Shown in pieces: positions 28,459 through 37,269 of a DNA stretch of 51,401 bases (the first letter of the stretch is position 1; each line of letters starts with the position of its first letter). The DNA lies in IMG/VR virus record IMGVR_UViG_3300023297_000013, positions 1-51,401 of that record. One strand, given 5' to 3'. The notes under the pieces were generated by a model. That model saw only the letters and a list, made by a program, of their open reading frames with translations, had not been told where the DNA came from and did not search any database. The DNA is from a virus (lineage: Duplodnaviria; Caudoviricetes). A program made the position numbers and the translations under genes.

Positions 28459-29237
28459 TTTATAATTTTCCCTTCTCTATCCAGCGCCCATCCAAATTCG
28501 GAAAGATTAATTTCGCGTAACTCATTATCATTCAAAACTTTTTTTAATTCAGATATAATTCCAAACTCCTCTATGTAGACTTTATACCTATTAACAAGAT
28601 CTTCAGGAGCTGCAGTTTTTTTAATGCCGGTAAACGAAGACCCCCCACCATAACTATGGATTTTATCTACCATATGGCCATCATTATTCGGAAGCCCCAA
28701 TCTCTTCGCAATTTTAATACGATATTTCTTTTTAGTCAACCAGTCATTATAGTTTAATCTAATACAAAAATTAAAGTTTTTATTAAGAAGAAGTTTTTTC
28801 CAATGAGCAATGCATTCGGAATACCATCCAGGAGGAGTGAATTTTTTATGTCTGCTATCAAATTTTAATCGGCTTGCGACATAGTTATATACGTCTCGAA
28901 CGACAATAATATATTTAATGTGACTATTTATTATCCCATATTTTTTATGCCTATACAGGCCATCTGAATATCTTAACGGGTCTTCGTATGTAGTAATAAC
29001 AAACGAATGAGATATTTTCAATCTTCCCCTTTCATATTCTCTCAATTGGATTTCGTTATTCGCATTATGGAACGGATATTTTATATTCCAATACTTGGTT
29101 GGACGACTCCACTTTACATTCGGCCGAAGAGAATTAATTAATACGCCCGATTCTTCAAAATGAGATGCGACCCATTCAACAATCGCATGGCCACCAGACC
29201 TTCTTTGGAAAAAGAGTCTATATTCTATTTGAGCCAT
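28455..29237 (-). CDS. PAPS-dependent sulfotransferase-fold protein
   Basis: QRRSGGHAI (5'-PSB-like loop), VVRDVYNYVAS (3'-PB-like), LNYNDW; two genes upstream of cysC in the same coupled string. Confidence 0.65.
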   Translation of the reverse strand: MAQIEYRLFFQRRSGGHAIVEWVASHFEESGVLINSLRPNVKWSRPTKYWNIKYPFHNANNEIQLREYERGRLKISHSFVITTYEDPLRYSDGLYRHKKYGIINSHIKYIIVVRDVYNYVASRLKFDSRHKKFTPPGWYSECIAHWKKLLLNKNFNFCIRLNYNDWLTKKKYRIKIAKRLGLPNNDGHMVDKIHSYGGGSSFTGIKKTAAPEDLVNRYKVYIEEFGIISELKKVLNDNELREINLSEFGWALDREGKIIK

Positions 29238-30061
29238 GATCTAATTCCTCCATTCGCCCTTCCCTTTTCATTAAAACTTTTCTTCCATTGTATAATGACG
29301 TCGATTCTTACTTTGCTATCAAAACCTTTCCATACTTTTGAACTTTCTTTTTTAACTACCCTTACGTATCTTGGAAACTTTTGTGCTAATAAAATAGCAC
29401 TTTCTTTTTGCATTTTAGATGTTCTGTATAAAGAGCAACCTCCATCAGCACCACTCTGATTTTGGCTCCATACATACTTATACGTAACACGATTTTTAAA
29501 TCCAAGTTGAAACAATGATAGCGTTACTAAAAAGTCTTCCATAACAAGCTGCTTACCATGCTTGTTTTCAAGAGAATCAAATGATACATTATGCTTTTCT
29601 TTTAACTCAATCATCTTTTCGCAATTATACGCATACGCATTATTCATTCTTGTAACTTCCAGATAATCTTCCTCTATTCTATTGTTACCGAATCTTTGAC
29701 TTATTCCTACATGTACCAATCCCTCTTCGAGCCAGCCTTCAAGGAGCATAACCATCTCAGCAAATTCTTTAGGACTACACCTATGCAATTTTAATTCTTT
29801 ATTACGAACAGAAAAATCCATATCATCATCTAACATCAATGCATATTTCCTTTTACTGTTCTCAAGAATCCATTGTCTTGTTTTACATATCCCCTTCTCA
29901 GGACATTCTATAACATTCGACCCATATAGTTCTTTATATCTTTTAAAATCTTTTTTATCAACCACAATGAAAGTATTTTTTATTAATCTTTTAGGTATAA
30001 AATTAAAGGTTCTTTGTTTTTCTGGTCTTCTATGGCTTGGTATATATATGGCTATCTTCAT
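29225..30061 (-). CDS. TET-associated (TAGT/GREB1-like) GT-A glycosyltransferase
   Basis: IYIPSHRRP, GICKTRQWIL, MLDDD, MEDFLVTL, GGCS motifs. Confidence 0.8.
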   Translation of the reverse strand: MKIAIYIPSHRRPEKQRTFNFIPKRLIKNTFIVVDKKDFKRYKELYGSNVIECPEKGICKTRQWILENSKRKYALMLDDDMDFSVRNKELKLHRCSPKEFAEMVMLLEGWLEEGLVHVGISQRFGNNRIEEDYLEVTRMNNAYAYNCEKMIELKEKHNVSFDSLENKHGKQLVMEDFLVTLSLFQLGFKNRVTYKYVWSQNQSGADGGCSLYRTSKMQKESAILLAQKFPRYVRVVKKESSKVWKGFDSKVRIDVIIQWKKSFNEKGRANGGIRSWLK

Positions 30062-30086
30062 AATTTTAATTCCCCTACTACTTCTT

Positions 30087-31514
30087 CTACTTCGTTAAAT
30101 CAATTCCTTCCTTTACCCATCTGGCCTCGTACTCACTTGGATTATAGACGTAAACATAATTATCTTCTTCGTCCATTCTAATAGGCATCATTTTTCCATG
30201 AAAATAATTTCTTGGATTTCCAGGAGACCTGAGATTATTCCACGTTTCCCTTGCAAAATCTAAGTACGTTATACCTCGCCTCTGACTTGCAGTCATTCCT
30301 GTAACACCAATATGATCCTGACCAAAAGTAGAGTCGCTTAAAAATGGACTTTCCTTTGGATCAAAAACTTTGCTAAATTTAAAATGAACAATTTTACCAT
30401 CACGATGAAATTTTTTTCTGGCTTCTTTTAGGGCGTAAGTCAATTGGCTCTTTCCCCAATTTTCCATTTCCTTATTCTCTTTATAGGTATCAGGCAACCC
30501 ACAACAACAACCAGACATCCCTAACTCTTTATAGTCGGGGTCACTACATGAAAATAAAATATCATTATCTACACAAAACGTATACATCTTTTTTACAATC
30601 TTCTCTTTCACTAATCTGTTAAGTCGCATGTATCCGCCTCGTTCACTTGGACTTAATGCTTTAAAATATTCTAACAAATCTTTTGTTCCTGTTAATTCTC
30701 CAAGCCATTTATACCTCTTAGCAATATGCTCATTATGCCTTTGGTCAATTGCCATGAACTCTGTACTTATCGCATTTATTCCCGCTTCTTTTGCTTGATG
30801 AAGTAAATCGTCAAGACCAATATCAGAAATTCCTATAATAAAAGGTCGAAGACGAAGTACGGTATAGTACCCCATATCTGATAAATGTTTTAATGCCTTT
30901 ATCCTTCTGCTCGTAACAGGGACTCCTATTTCTACTTGCTTACTCATTTCATCTGAAGGACAAACAATAGATACCTGAAAAGCAAAATTCTTTTGATGTG
31001 CATATTTTGTAAATAACTTCTCAAAGTTCGGACGGAAAACAGCCGATCCCTTAAAACTAAAAAGAGTTGGATAGCTTTCTTTTCCCAAAGCAGAAACAAT
31101 CTTATACCCGACTCCATTAACTTTTTCAAAATTACAGAAAGGAGAAGCAAGACCACCCCAATGAAATACAAACCTCTTAGAAAAAAAGTTCTTATGCATT
31201 GCCTTGAGTCTACTTGTTGGAGGCTTTCCCTTAATAGTAGCAACAAGCTTCTTCTCGTCTACAGAATGTAACTTATGAGAAAAGCTTGGATTTTGGCTTT
31301 TCATATAATATGCAAAACAGTATGTACACCCCATCGAGCAATAAGAATATTGGTCGAAGGTCATCGGTAAAGAACAATCCATAAACTCAGAACTTATTCT
31401 CGGACTGATATAAGTTCTGGATTTGTCTATTTTCATCCCCCTATTTTCTCGAATAAATTCCTGAGAGTCTCTTGTTACTTTCTTTTTTAAATCATCAAAC
31501 GATTCTTTTTTCAT
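30087..31514 (-). CDS. radical SAM protein, spore photoproduct lyase-like branch
   Basis: DQYSYCSMGCTYCF, RRIKAL, LRLRPFIIG, additional CCCG cluster. Confidence 0.8.
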   Translation of the reverse strand: MKKESFDDLKKKVTRDSQEFIRENRGMKIDKSRTYISPRISSEFMDCSLPMTFDQYSYCSMGCTYCFAYYMKSQNPSFSHKLHSVDEKKLVATIKGKPPTSRLKAMHKNFFSKRFVFHWGGLASPFCNFEKVNGVGYKIVSALGKESYPTLFSFKGSAVFRPNFEKLFTKYAHQKNFAFQVSIVCPSDEMSKQVEIGVPVTSRRIKALKHLSDMGYYTVLRLRPFIIGISDIGLDDLLHQAKEAGINAISTEFMAIDQRHNEHIAKRYKWLGELTGTKDLLEYFKALSPSERGGYMRLNRLVKEKIVKKMYTFCVDNDILFSCSDPDYKELGMSGCCCGLPDTYKENKEMENWGKSQLTYALKEARKKFHRDGKIVHFKFSKVFDPKESPFLSDSTFGQDHIGVTGMTASQRRGITYLDFARETWNNLRSPGNPRNYFHGKMMPIRMDEEDNYVYVYNPSEYEARWVKEGIDLTK

Positions 31515-31897
31515 AACCTTATCTTGCCTCCCCTACGGGTTCTGAAAGAATACTTTTTGCCATCCCATTTAATTCTTCCTTCCTCTATCAAGCGAATCAG
31601 CTCCGTTAAAAATAATACTTCGTGACAATTATTTTCTATGTAAGAATTTATAGTAACAATCTTCCCCAACCTCTTAATAAAATCGGGACTGGGAAAAGAA
31701 AAGAAAAGAGTTCGCTTCTTGAAATTTGACATCCCTGTTTTAGTCCCCTTGTACTTTGGAATCGGCATTGGTTTTAAAAGATGCATTTCCAATACTCTCT
31801 GTTCTTGCTTTGTAGTAGAAGGAAGAATCATCTTTTCAAATCTTATCATTTGATTTTCTTCCTTACTTCTTTTATTGACAAACTTCGTTATGTCCAT
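31511..31897 (-). CDS. hypothetical protein
   Basis: Coupled to neighbours (ATGA overlap). Confidence 0.7.
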   Translation of the reverse strand: MDITKFVNKRSKEENQMIRFEKMILPSTTKQEQRVLEMHLLKPMPIPKYKGTKTGMSNFKKRTLFFSFPSPDFIKRLGKIVTINSYIENNCHEVLFLTELIRLIEEGRIKWDGKKYSFRTRRGGKIRL

Positions 31898-32305
31898 TCA
31901 TTCCCCTTTCTTTAATCCATAATAAGATTCTGGTGGCTTCCCTTTATGCCTTTTAAGAATGTCAATTATTTGTTGCGAATGATATCCATTGCAACAAAAA
32001 GTACTACTAATCTTGGCTAAGAGTTTTGGATTCTGTTTTTTCTTCCTCTTGGGATATTTAAGATATGGTGCATTCTTTTGTTTTGGAACCCCTAAATTAT
32101 AAAGAGTATCTCTTGCCCAAGACGGCAGACGAGATACGAACCTATTCATATCGATAGAAAACAAAATGGTTCCTTTCTGAAAAGAAAGAATTCTGTTAAC
32201 CATAAATTCGTTCTGTACTTTCACTTCTTCTTTTGTAAAAAGAGCACTTGCTATACCAAAACTATTATTGCTATTATTTTTCTTTTTCATTTTGTTTTTA
32301 TCCAA
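31898..32305 (-). CDS. probable clamp loader small subunit (T4 gp62-like)
   Basis: FMVNRILS motif, size, position directly after the clamp loader ATPase. Confidence 0.6.
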   Translation of the reverse strand: MDKNKMKKKNNSNNSFGIASALFTKEEVKVQNEFMVNRILSFQKGTILFSIDMNRFVSRLPSWARDTLYNLGVPKQKNAPYLKYPKRKKKQNPKLLAKISSTFCCNGYHSQQIIDILKRHKGKPPESYYGLKKGE

Positions 32306-33215
32306 AAGAAATATTTACTTCCATTAAATCCATTAACTCAAGACAACAAGCGGTACAATTGATTTCCTTATCTGGAACAGTCCTATCTTTATAAAGATAG
32401 CCAGCAGTAATAATTGCCGCCTCAGACTTAACATCTTTATCCAAAAACTCAGGGATAAAAATATTGAACAGATATTTATACACCCATACAAAATCCATCT
32501 TCCCATTAAATATTTCTCTTATCTTAAACAAGTTCCCGTCTAATAAAAATTCTCTAAATAAATTCAGGTCTATCAAGACTTCGGAATCTTCAAGCTTCTT
32601 GCCGATACTATTTTTCTGAAGAAGATTAATAATAGACCTGATATCGGGATAGCAAAGTTCTATTATCCTGTTAATACTTTTTTCTTTATATTTAATCCCT
32701 TCTTTGTCCAGCATCTTTTTAAGATGAATAAGAAGTTTGTCCTTAGGATAAGTATCAAACTGAAAAGGAATACATCTGGAAGCAATCTCCGGAATGACCA
32801 TGTCAATATGATTGCAAGTAAATATAAAACGACAATTTTTATGGTAGGTCTCTACCGTATTTTTCAATGCCATTTGTGCATCAAAAGTAAGACCGTCTGC
32901 TTCGTCTAAAAAAACGACATTCAATTTATCAGAACTTGTCCTCTTGGCAGTAGCAAATTGTTTTACTTTTATTTTAATTGTTGCTATTCCTCGATCACCA
33001 CTACTTGCATTGAGAATTAACTTCCTCGAAGCAGTTGCTTTCAAAAGAATCATAGCCAATGTAGTCTTACCACTTCCAGGCGGTCCATAGAAAAGTACAT
33101 GAGGAATTTGTTTTTCTCTTATATATTCTCTAAATATTTTCTTTGCCTTTAGTGGTAAGGTCATTGAAGATAAACTGTCAGGCCGAAACTTTTCGTACCA
33201 TATAAGATTCTTCAA
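32298..33215 (-). CDS. clamp loader AAA+ subunit (RFC small / T4 gp44-like)
   Basis: WYEKFRP, GPPGSGKTT, LNAS, LDEADGL, SRC motifs. Confidence 0.9.
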   Translation of the reverse strand: MKNLIWYEKFRPDSLSSMTLPLKAKKIFREYIREKQIPHVLFYGPPGSGKTTLAMILLKATASRKLILNASSGDRGIATIKIKVKQFATAKRTSSDKLNVVFLDEADGLTFDAQMALKNTVETYHKNCRFIFTCNHIDMVIPEIASRCIPFQFDTYPKDKLLIHLKKMLDKEGIKYKEKSINRIIELCYPDIRSIINLLQKNSIGKKLEDSEVLIDLNLFREFLLDGNLFKIREIFNGKMDFVWVYKYLFNIFIPEFLDKDVKSEAAIITAGYLYKDRTVPDKEINCTACCLELMDLMEVNISFG

Positions 33216-33226
33216 GATTTTTCTCC

Positions 33227-34051
33227 TTAATCTTCATTTTCCAAATCAGTTAACGGAACAAGAGCCCAAACCGTACCTTCAGCTTCTATCATTATAAGTT
33301 TCTCTTCTGCAAAAGATAATACTGGTGGTTCATCTTCATCAAAACCAATCGTATTAAAAATTCGAGCAAGATGTTCTCCGTTAACCTTAAGACTAAATGG
33401 GTCTACTTCATCTCCTTCTACTTCATTACTTAATACCAATTCAAACTTATGGTCATTTGATCCACCACAAATAAAAGCAATTTCCTCAGCCCCATCAAAT
33501 TCAAGAACGACATCCTTCGTTTTTAACAGGCCAATATACGTAAGAAAATCTTTCATGAATGAAGCAGATAATTCTACATTATACTCCATCATCTTCTTCA
33601 TCTTTAAGTAAGGGTCTTCCTTATCATCAGAATCCTCATCTACCTGTAACTGAGTAGCGATTAGTTCTGGCTGAGTTAATAAGTAATTCAGTTTTCTTCG
33701 TTTATCTTTTCTTGAAAGTTCAAAGCTTGACCCGTCCTTCTTGTATTTAAAAAAGAGTTTCTGGTCTTCTACTGAAGATAAGAACTTAATAAGAAGATCT
33801 AAATTTCCAAGTCCTAACTGGCCGCTTACGTCTTTAGAAGCAACAGCACCCTTACAAATAACGATAAGGGAATTGGTAATATCTACTGCTTCTACTTTTG
33901 CCCTCCCATAGTTTATAGATACCATACATTCTTCTAACAATCCGCCCAAATAAATTTCCTTTAATATTCTAAGGAAAGATTTCGTTTTGAAAATATTATC
34001 TTTTTTCTTTAATGTTTTTGCCATAACTATTATTGCCCTCCTAACATACAA
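33227..34051 (-). CDS. probable sliding clamp (gp45/PCNA-like); start probably MAKTLKK
   Basis: Size, acidity, beta-rich pattern, position upstream of clamp loader. Confidence 0.6.
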   Translation of the reverse strand: MYVRRAIIVMAKTLKKKDNIFKTKSFLRILKEIYLGGLLEECMVSINYGRAKVEAVDITNSLIVICKGAVASKDVSGQLGLGNLDLLIKFLSSVEDQKLFFKYKKDGSSFELSRKDKRRKLNYLLTQPELIATQLQVDEDSDDKEDPYLKMKKMMEYNVELSASFMKDFLTYIGLLKTKDVVLEFDGAEEIAFICGGSNDHKFELVLSNEVEGDEVDPFSLKVNGEHLARIFNTIGFDEDEPPVLSFAEEKLIMIEAEGTVWALVPLTDLENED

Positions 34052-34055
34052 GAAT

Positions 34056-34094
34056 AAGAGCGTCAGAGGCTATGAGATAAGCTCTGACGCTCTT
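34056..34094 (-). terminator. 13-bp hairpin, probable terminator or processing stem
   Basis: AAGAGCGTCAGAG / CTCTGACGCTCTT inverted repeat followed by a T-rich stretch on the minus strand. Confidence 0.55.
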
Positions 34095-34139
34095 GTATTA
34101 TTAACTAAAGGTTTTATGCTAACTTATATTTAACTGAGC

Positions 34140-34880
34140 TTATTCCTCCTCTGATAATTTAAAAGTAGCTTCCGTTTCATCACCCGACATAGTCAAAACA
34201 ATAGGCACAACCTTGGATATCTTTCGGCTAACTACCCGAATAACTATACCCATACACTTCTCCGCTTCTTTATCTTTTTCGTCAGCAACCAATTCGGCCA
34301 GACTACCCCATGTAGCGTCACCCTCTTCGATCGCTTCTAAAAGCATTTTTGGAAGTTTGCCTTTTACTTTAGAAGTTTTTTTGTCTTTCTTTTTGTCTTT
34401 CTTTTTGTCTTTCTTTTTGTCAGCCTTTTTATCTTTTTTCTTATCTTTCTCCTTAGGCTCGGGCTCGCCCTCTTCGCCAGCCAACTCCAGAATTTCTTCG
34501 ATAATATCATCAACTTTCTTTTTTGTAATTTTCGTTTCAAGTTCAAGGTCTTCTTCTTCGATATATGCCTTTAACTCTTTAAATGACATATCCTCAAGTT
34601 CTTCTTTTAACTCGTCAAGGTCAACTTCATCTTCACCATCTTTACCGTCTTTCTCAGGTTCTTTCTCGGCCTCGCCCTCTTCGAGAAGTCCTTCATAATA
34701 ATCAATTATTTCTTTATCAACTTTGTCGGCCTTACCAGCATCGTCAATTTCCTCAATGGCCGAAATGAACTCTTCCTGCATCTCCCCAACATCACCCCTC
34801 GTTCCAATCTTGTCAGCCAGTTTTAACTTATTAAGTTTTTTGATAAAGCTGCCAAGTTCTTTTTTAACTACTTTACTCAT
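34140..34880 (-). CDS. highly charged hypothetical protein (acidic blocks and KKKD repeats)
   Basis: 246-aa ORF with AAGGAG RBS. Confidence 0.75.
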   Translation of the reverse strand: MSKVVKKELGSFIKKLNKLKLADKIGTRGDVGEMQEEFISAIEEIDDAGKADKVDKEIIDYYEGLLEEGEAEKEPEKDGKDGEDEVDLDELKEELEDMSFKELKAYIEEEDLELETKITKKKVDDIIEEILELAGEEGEPEPKEKDKKKDKKADKKKDKKKDKKKDKKTSKVKGKLPKMLLEAIEEGDATWGSLAELVADEKDKEAEKCMGIVIRVVSRKISKVVPIVLTMSGDETEATFKLSEEE

Positions 34881-34998
34881 AATTGAATAACTCCTTTTAA
34901 TAAAAAATAATTAGTAATGTTACAAACTATACTCCCTATACTCCGAACAATCCATACAAATTTTTATTCTTCCCTCCTCGTATTTATTGAATATTTAT

Positions 34999-35108
34999 TG
35001 ATGGGAATAGGATTCGAACCTATATATTCCGGTGACAAAACCACCATAGTGCATCACCAGATGCTCTGCTCAATTCTTACTTTGACCAGTCATTTGAGCT
35101 ACCCCATC
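34999..35108 (-). ncRNA. tRNA-like RNA 1 (110 nt, expanded D and anticodon arms, no assignable anticodon)
   Basis: Acceptor GATGGGG/TCCCATC, TA-GCTC...GAGC D stem, T arm ATAGG-TTCGAAT-CCTAT. Confidence 0.7.
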
Positions 35109-35233
35109 AATTTAACAATCAACAACTAATTTAACAAAAACTGGTAACTAACAATCAATCATAAGCAACCTCCTTTCTTACTTTAAGAAGATTTTTTCTA
35201 CCCTACCTGGTCTTTCCACAATCAACTTGTTAT

Positions 35234-35433
35234 TGCTAAGAACAGGATTCGAACCTGCAATAAGTTTTGTTAGTCCTCTCGGCTTCATCGCTTCAACGCT
35301 TTCGCTCCACTCCACCTTCATACTCCATAGCAAACTTACAAACTTTTGGTTATTATAGAATCGGTTACCAATGATAAACACTTCGAAAAGATATTCTGAA
35401 AAATATCCTGTTTACCAATCCCGCTACCTTAGC
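35234..35433 (-). ncRNA. tRNA-like RNA 2 (200 nt, large internal domain)
   Basis: Acceptor GCTAAGG/TCTTAGC, D-loop-like GATTGGTAAAC, T arm GCAGG-TTCGAAT-CCTGT. Confidence 0.65.
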
Positions 35434-35445
35434 AATTTTCTCAAC

Positions 35446-35462
35446 ATTTATATTATAACACG
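35446..35462 (-). promoter_or_regulatory. extended -10 promoter CGTGTTATAATATAAAT for tRNA-like RNA 2
   Basis: TGnTATAAT just upstream of the acceptor stem; identical to 35631-35647. Confidence 0.7.
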
Positions 35463-35509
35463 TTTTAAAAAAAAGTTACAGCTAATTAAAAAATAATTAA
35501 TAGAGGAAC

Positions 35510-35618
35510 TAATGAAGACGAGATTTGAACCCGTACTGCTTGCCTAAAGAATATCGCCGGATTTGAACCAATCAGATCGACCCTGTGGATCGTGCATTAC
35601 CAATTCTACCACCCCATC
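35510..35618 (-). ncRNA. tRNA-like RNA 3 (109 nt, two T-loop-like hairpins)
   Basis: Acceptor GATGGGG/CTTCATT with G-U pairs, D loop AATTGGTAA, GGTTCAAATC occurs twice. Confidence 0.55.
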
Positions 35619-35630
35619 AATTTCTCCAAT

Positions 35631-35647
35631 ATTTATATTATAACACG
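35631..35647 (-). promoter_or_regulatory. extended -10 promoter CGTGTTATAATATAAAT for tRNA-like RNA 3
   Basis: Identical 17-mer to 35446-35462 at the same spacing from the acceptor stem. Confidence 0.7.
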
Positions 35648-35649
35648 TT

Positions 35650-37269
35650 TTAAAAAGAAGTTCCAGATAATCTATATTTTTTCCCACGGAAGAAAAGTCT
35701 GGAATTGTCAACCATTGGTTCTGCCGTAACCAGCCTCTGTGTTATAAGAACTTCGTGTTTAACACTAAACATAATATGCCTATGAAATAAAACATTCATT
35801 CTTGTGATATTCAATTCTTTCTCATCATCGGTTTGATTAATTGCAAGGCGAACATCTAAATGAGAATCTTTTGTTTTAGATTCTGAAGTTGACATCTGAT
35901 CTAAAGCATACTGAGTTCTACTGGTTTTTGTAGCTTGATCAGCAGTAAGAACAAGACAGTTCATTTCTCCTGCCATTCTTGCGGCCTTCTTCCATTTTCT
36001 ATCAACATCAATTCTTTCCTGTAAATTACCAGCTTCAGGTGCAAGAATATCCAAATAATCAAAAACAATTATATCTGGAACCCAACCAGTTCTGTCAACA
36101 TAACGACGAACATAATCATAAACTTCATCAAAAGTAACGGAAAATCTCGGAAAGCATTTTACTCTTAAATTAGAAAGCCCAGTCATTCTATTTCTATTAA
36201 TGGCTTTAGCAACTCTTCCATTTGATATTGGCATAATTCTTGTTTTGTCAAACCAAATTGTAGGAATGAATCTTTTAGAAGAAGCAGCATTTCTGCGAAT
36301 ATTAGGATCGTTTCTGCACTGAGTACAAACTTTCCAGCCTTCCCGATTCATAAAGTCAACAACTTCCGTACTATCTTTAAATAATCCTTTTTTATTTTTC
36401 AAGGTACTTAAAATTCTACAAGTCCCATTCTGATTATTTTCACAATCAAAAACTGGATAGATTACTTTCTGTGACCGCTTTTTATTTGTAGTAAGTGTAA
36501 GCCTTCTTCTTGTTCTGTTTCTAACAATACTTTCGCCAAGTTCCAGATTTATTATTAGAACTTTTTTCCTTTGATAAAGTGCCGCCTGAAAAGCCATTTC
36601 CTGAAGAAAATAACTCTTACCGGTTTTCTCTGTTCCCGTTATAGCAACAAGCCATGTCCTATTAAGCGAACCAACCATGTGATGCAAATCACCATCAAAC
36701 TGAAAAGCAACGTCAGCCGCACTATGAGATTCATCATGATTAACGAGATCTTCGCTTGAGTATGGAATAATCGTCCCAAGGGTCTCATCTTCTTCATTCT
36801 TGTTTAATACAGGATACGTTGATACAATTTTTTCTGCTTCTTCGTATTGTCCTTTGTCTATCTTATCTTGTGCCTTCAATATTCTTTCAGATATTTCTCT
36901 CTTTCTTATAAAGTCTAACAAAACTTCATTACGAATATAAGCAGGATCGACCGAATCTTCTTGATAAAGAATAAACTCTTCAGCAAGACGATCTAAGTAA
37001 TCATCTATTATTTCACAATCCCCTTTTGATAAATTTTTCTTTTTCTCTTCAAAGACTTTTTGGATTGTACGCCCAGGTGCTTTATGATGTTGTGCATGGT
37101 ATCTAATCAACCAACGGAAGATTGGTTGAAAATATTTTGTAAAGTGTTTCGTTTTTAACTGTCCCGATTTATATCTGGAATAGCCGGAAAAAAGTACGGA
37201 AGTATTCATGATCATATATGACAAAACTAAAAACTCAGAATTGTCTTCTACTTTCTTTCTCATAATCAT
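35650..37269 (-). CDS. replicative DNA helicase (DnaB/T4 gp41-like, SF4)
   Basis: GTEKTGKS Walker A, INLEL, IIVFDYLDIL, LTADQ, SES motifs. Confidence 0.85.
   Translation of the reverse strand: MIMRKKVEDNSEFLVLSYMIMNTSVLFSGYSRYKSGQLKTKHFTKYFQPIFRWLIRYHAQHHKAPGRTIQKVFEEKKKNLSKGDCEIIDDYLDRLAEEFILYQEDSVDPAYIRNEVLLDFIRKREISERILKAQDKIDKGQYEEAEKIVSTYPVLNKNEEDETLGTIIPYSSEDLVNHDESHSAADVAFQFDGDLHHMVGSLNRTWLVAITGTEKTGKSYFLQEMAFQAALYQRKKVLIINLELGESIVRNRTRRRLTLTTNKKRSQKVIYPVFDCENNQNGTCRILSTLKNKKGLFKDSTEVVDFMNREGWKVCTQCRNDPNIRRNAASSKRFIPTIWFDKTRIMPISNGRVAKAINRNRMTGLSNLRVKCFPRFSVTFDEVYDYVRRYVDRTGWVPDIIVFDYLDILAPEAGNLQERIDVDRKWKKAARMAGEMNCLVLTADQATKTSRTQYALDQMSTSESKTKDSHLDVRLAINQTDDEKELNITRMNVLFHRHIMFSVKHEVLITQRLVTAEPMVDNSRLFFRGKKYRLSGTSF

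Noticed and set aside
35178-35381. 67-aa minus-strand ORF
   Set aside because: It overlaps tRNA-like RNA 2, has no clear RBS and no protein motif
35234-35433. tmRNA
   Set aside because: Too short, no G3-U70 alanine identity pair, no encoded CCA and no evident tag reading frame
23464-37269. Inteins or self-splicing introns in dnaE or the helicase
   Set aside because: No C/S...HN intein ends or LAGLIDADG motifs are visible; the reading frames are continuous and of expected length
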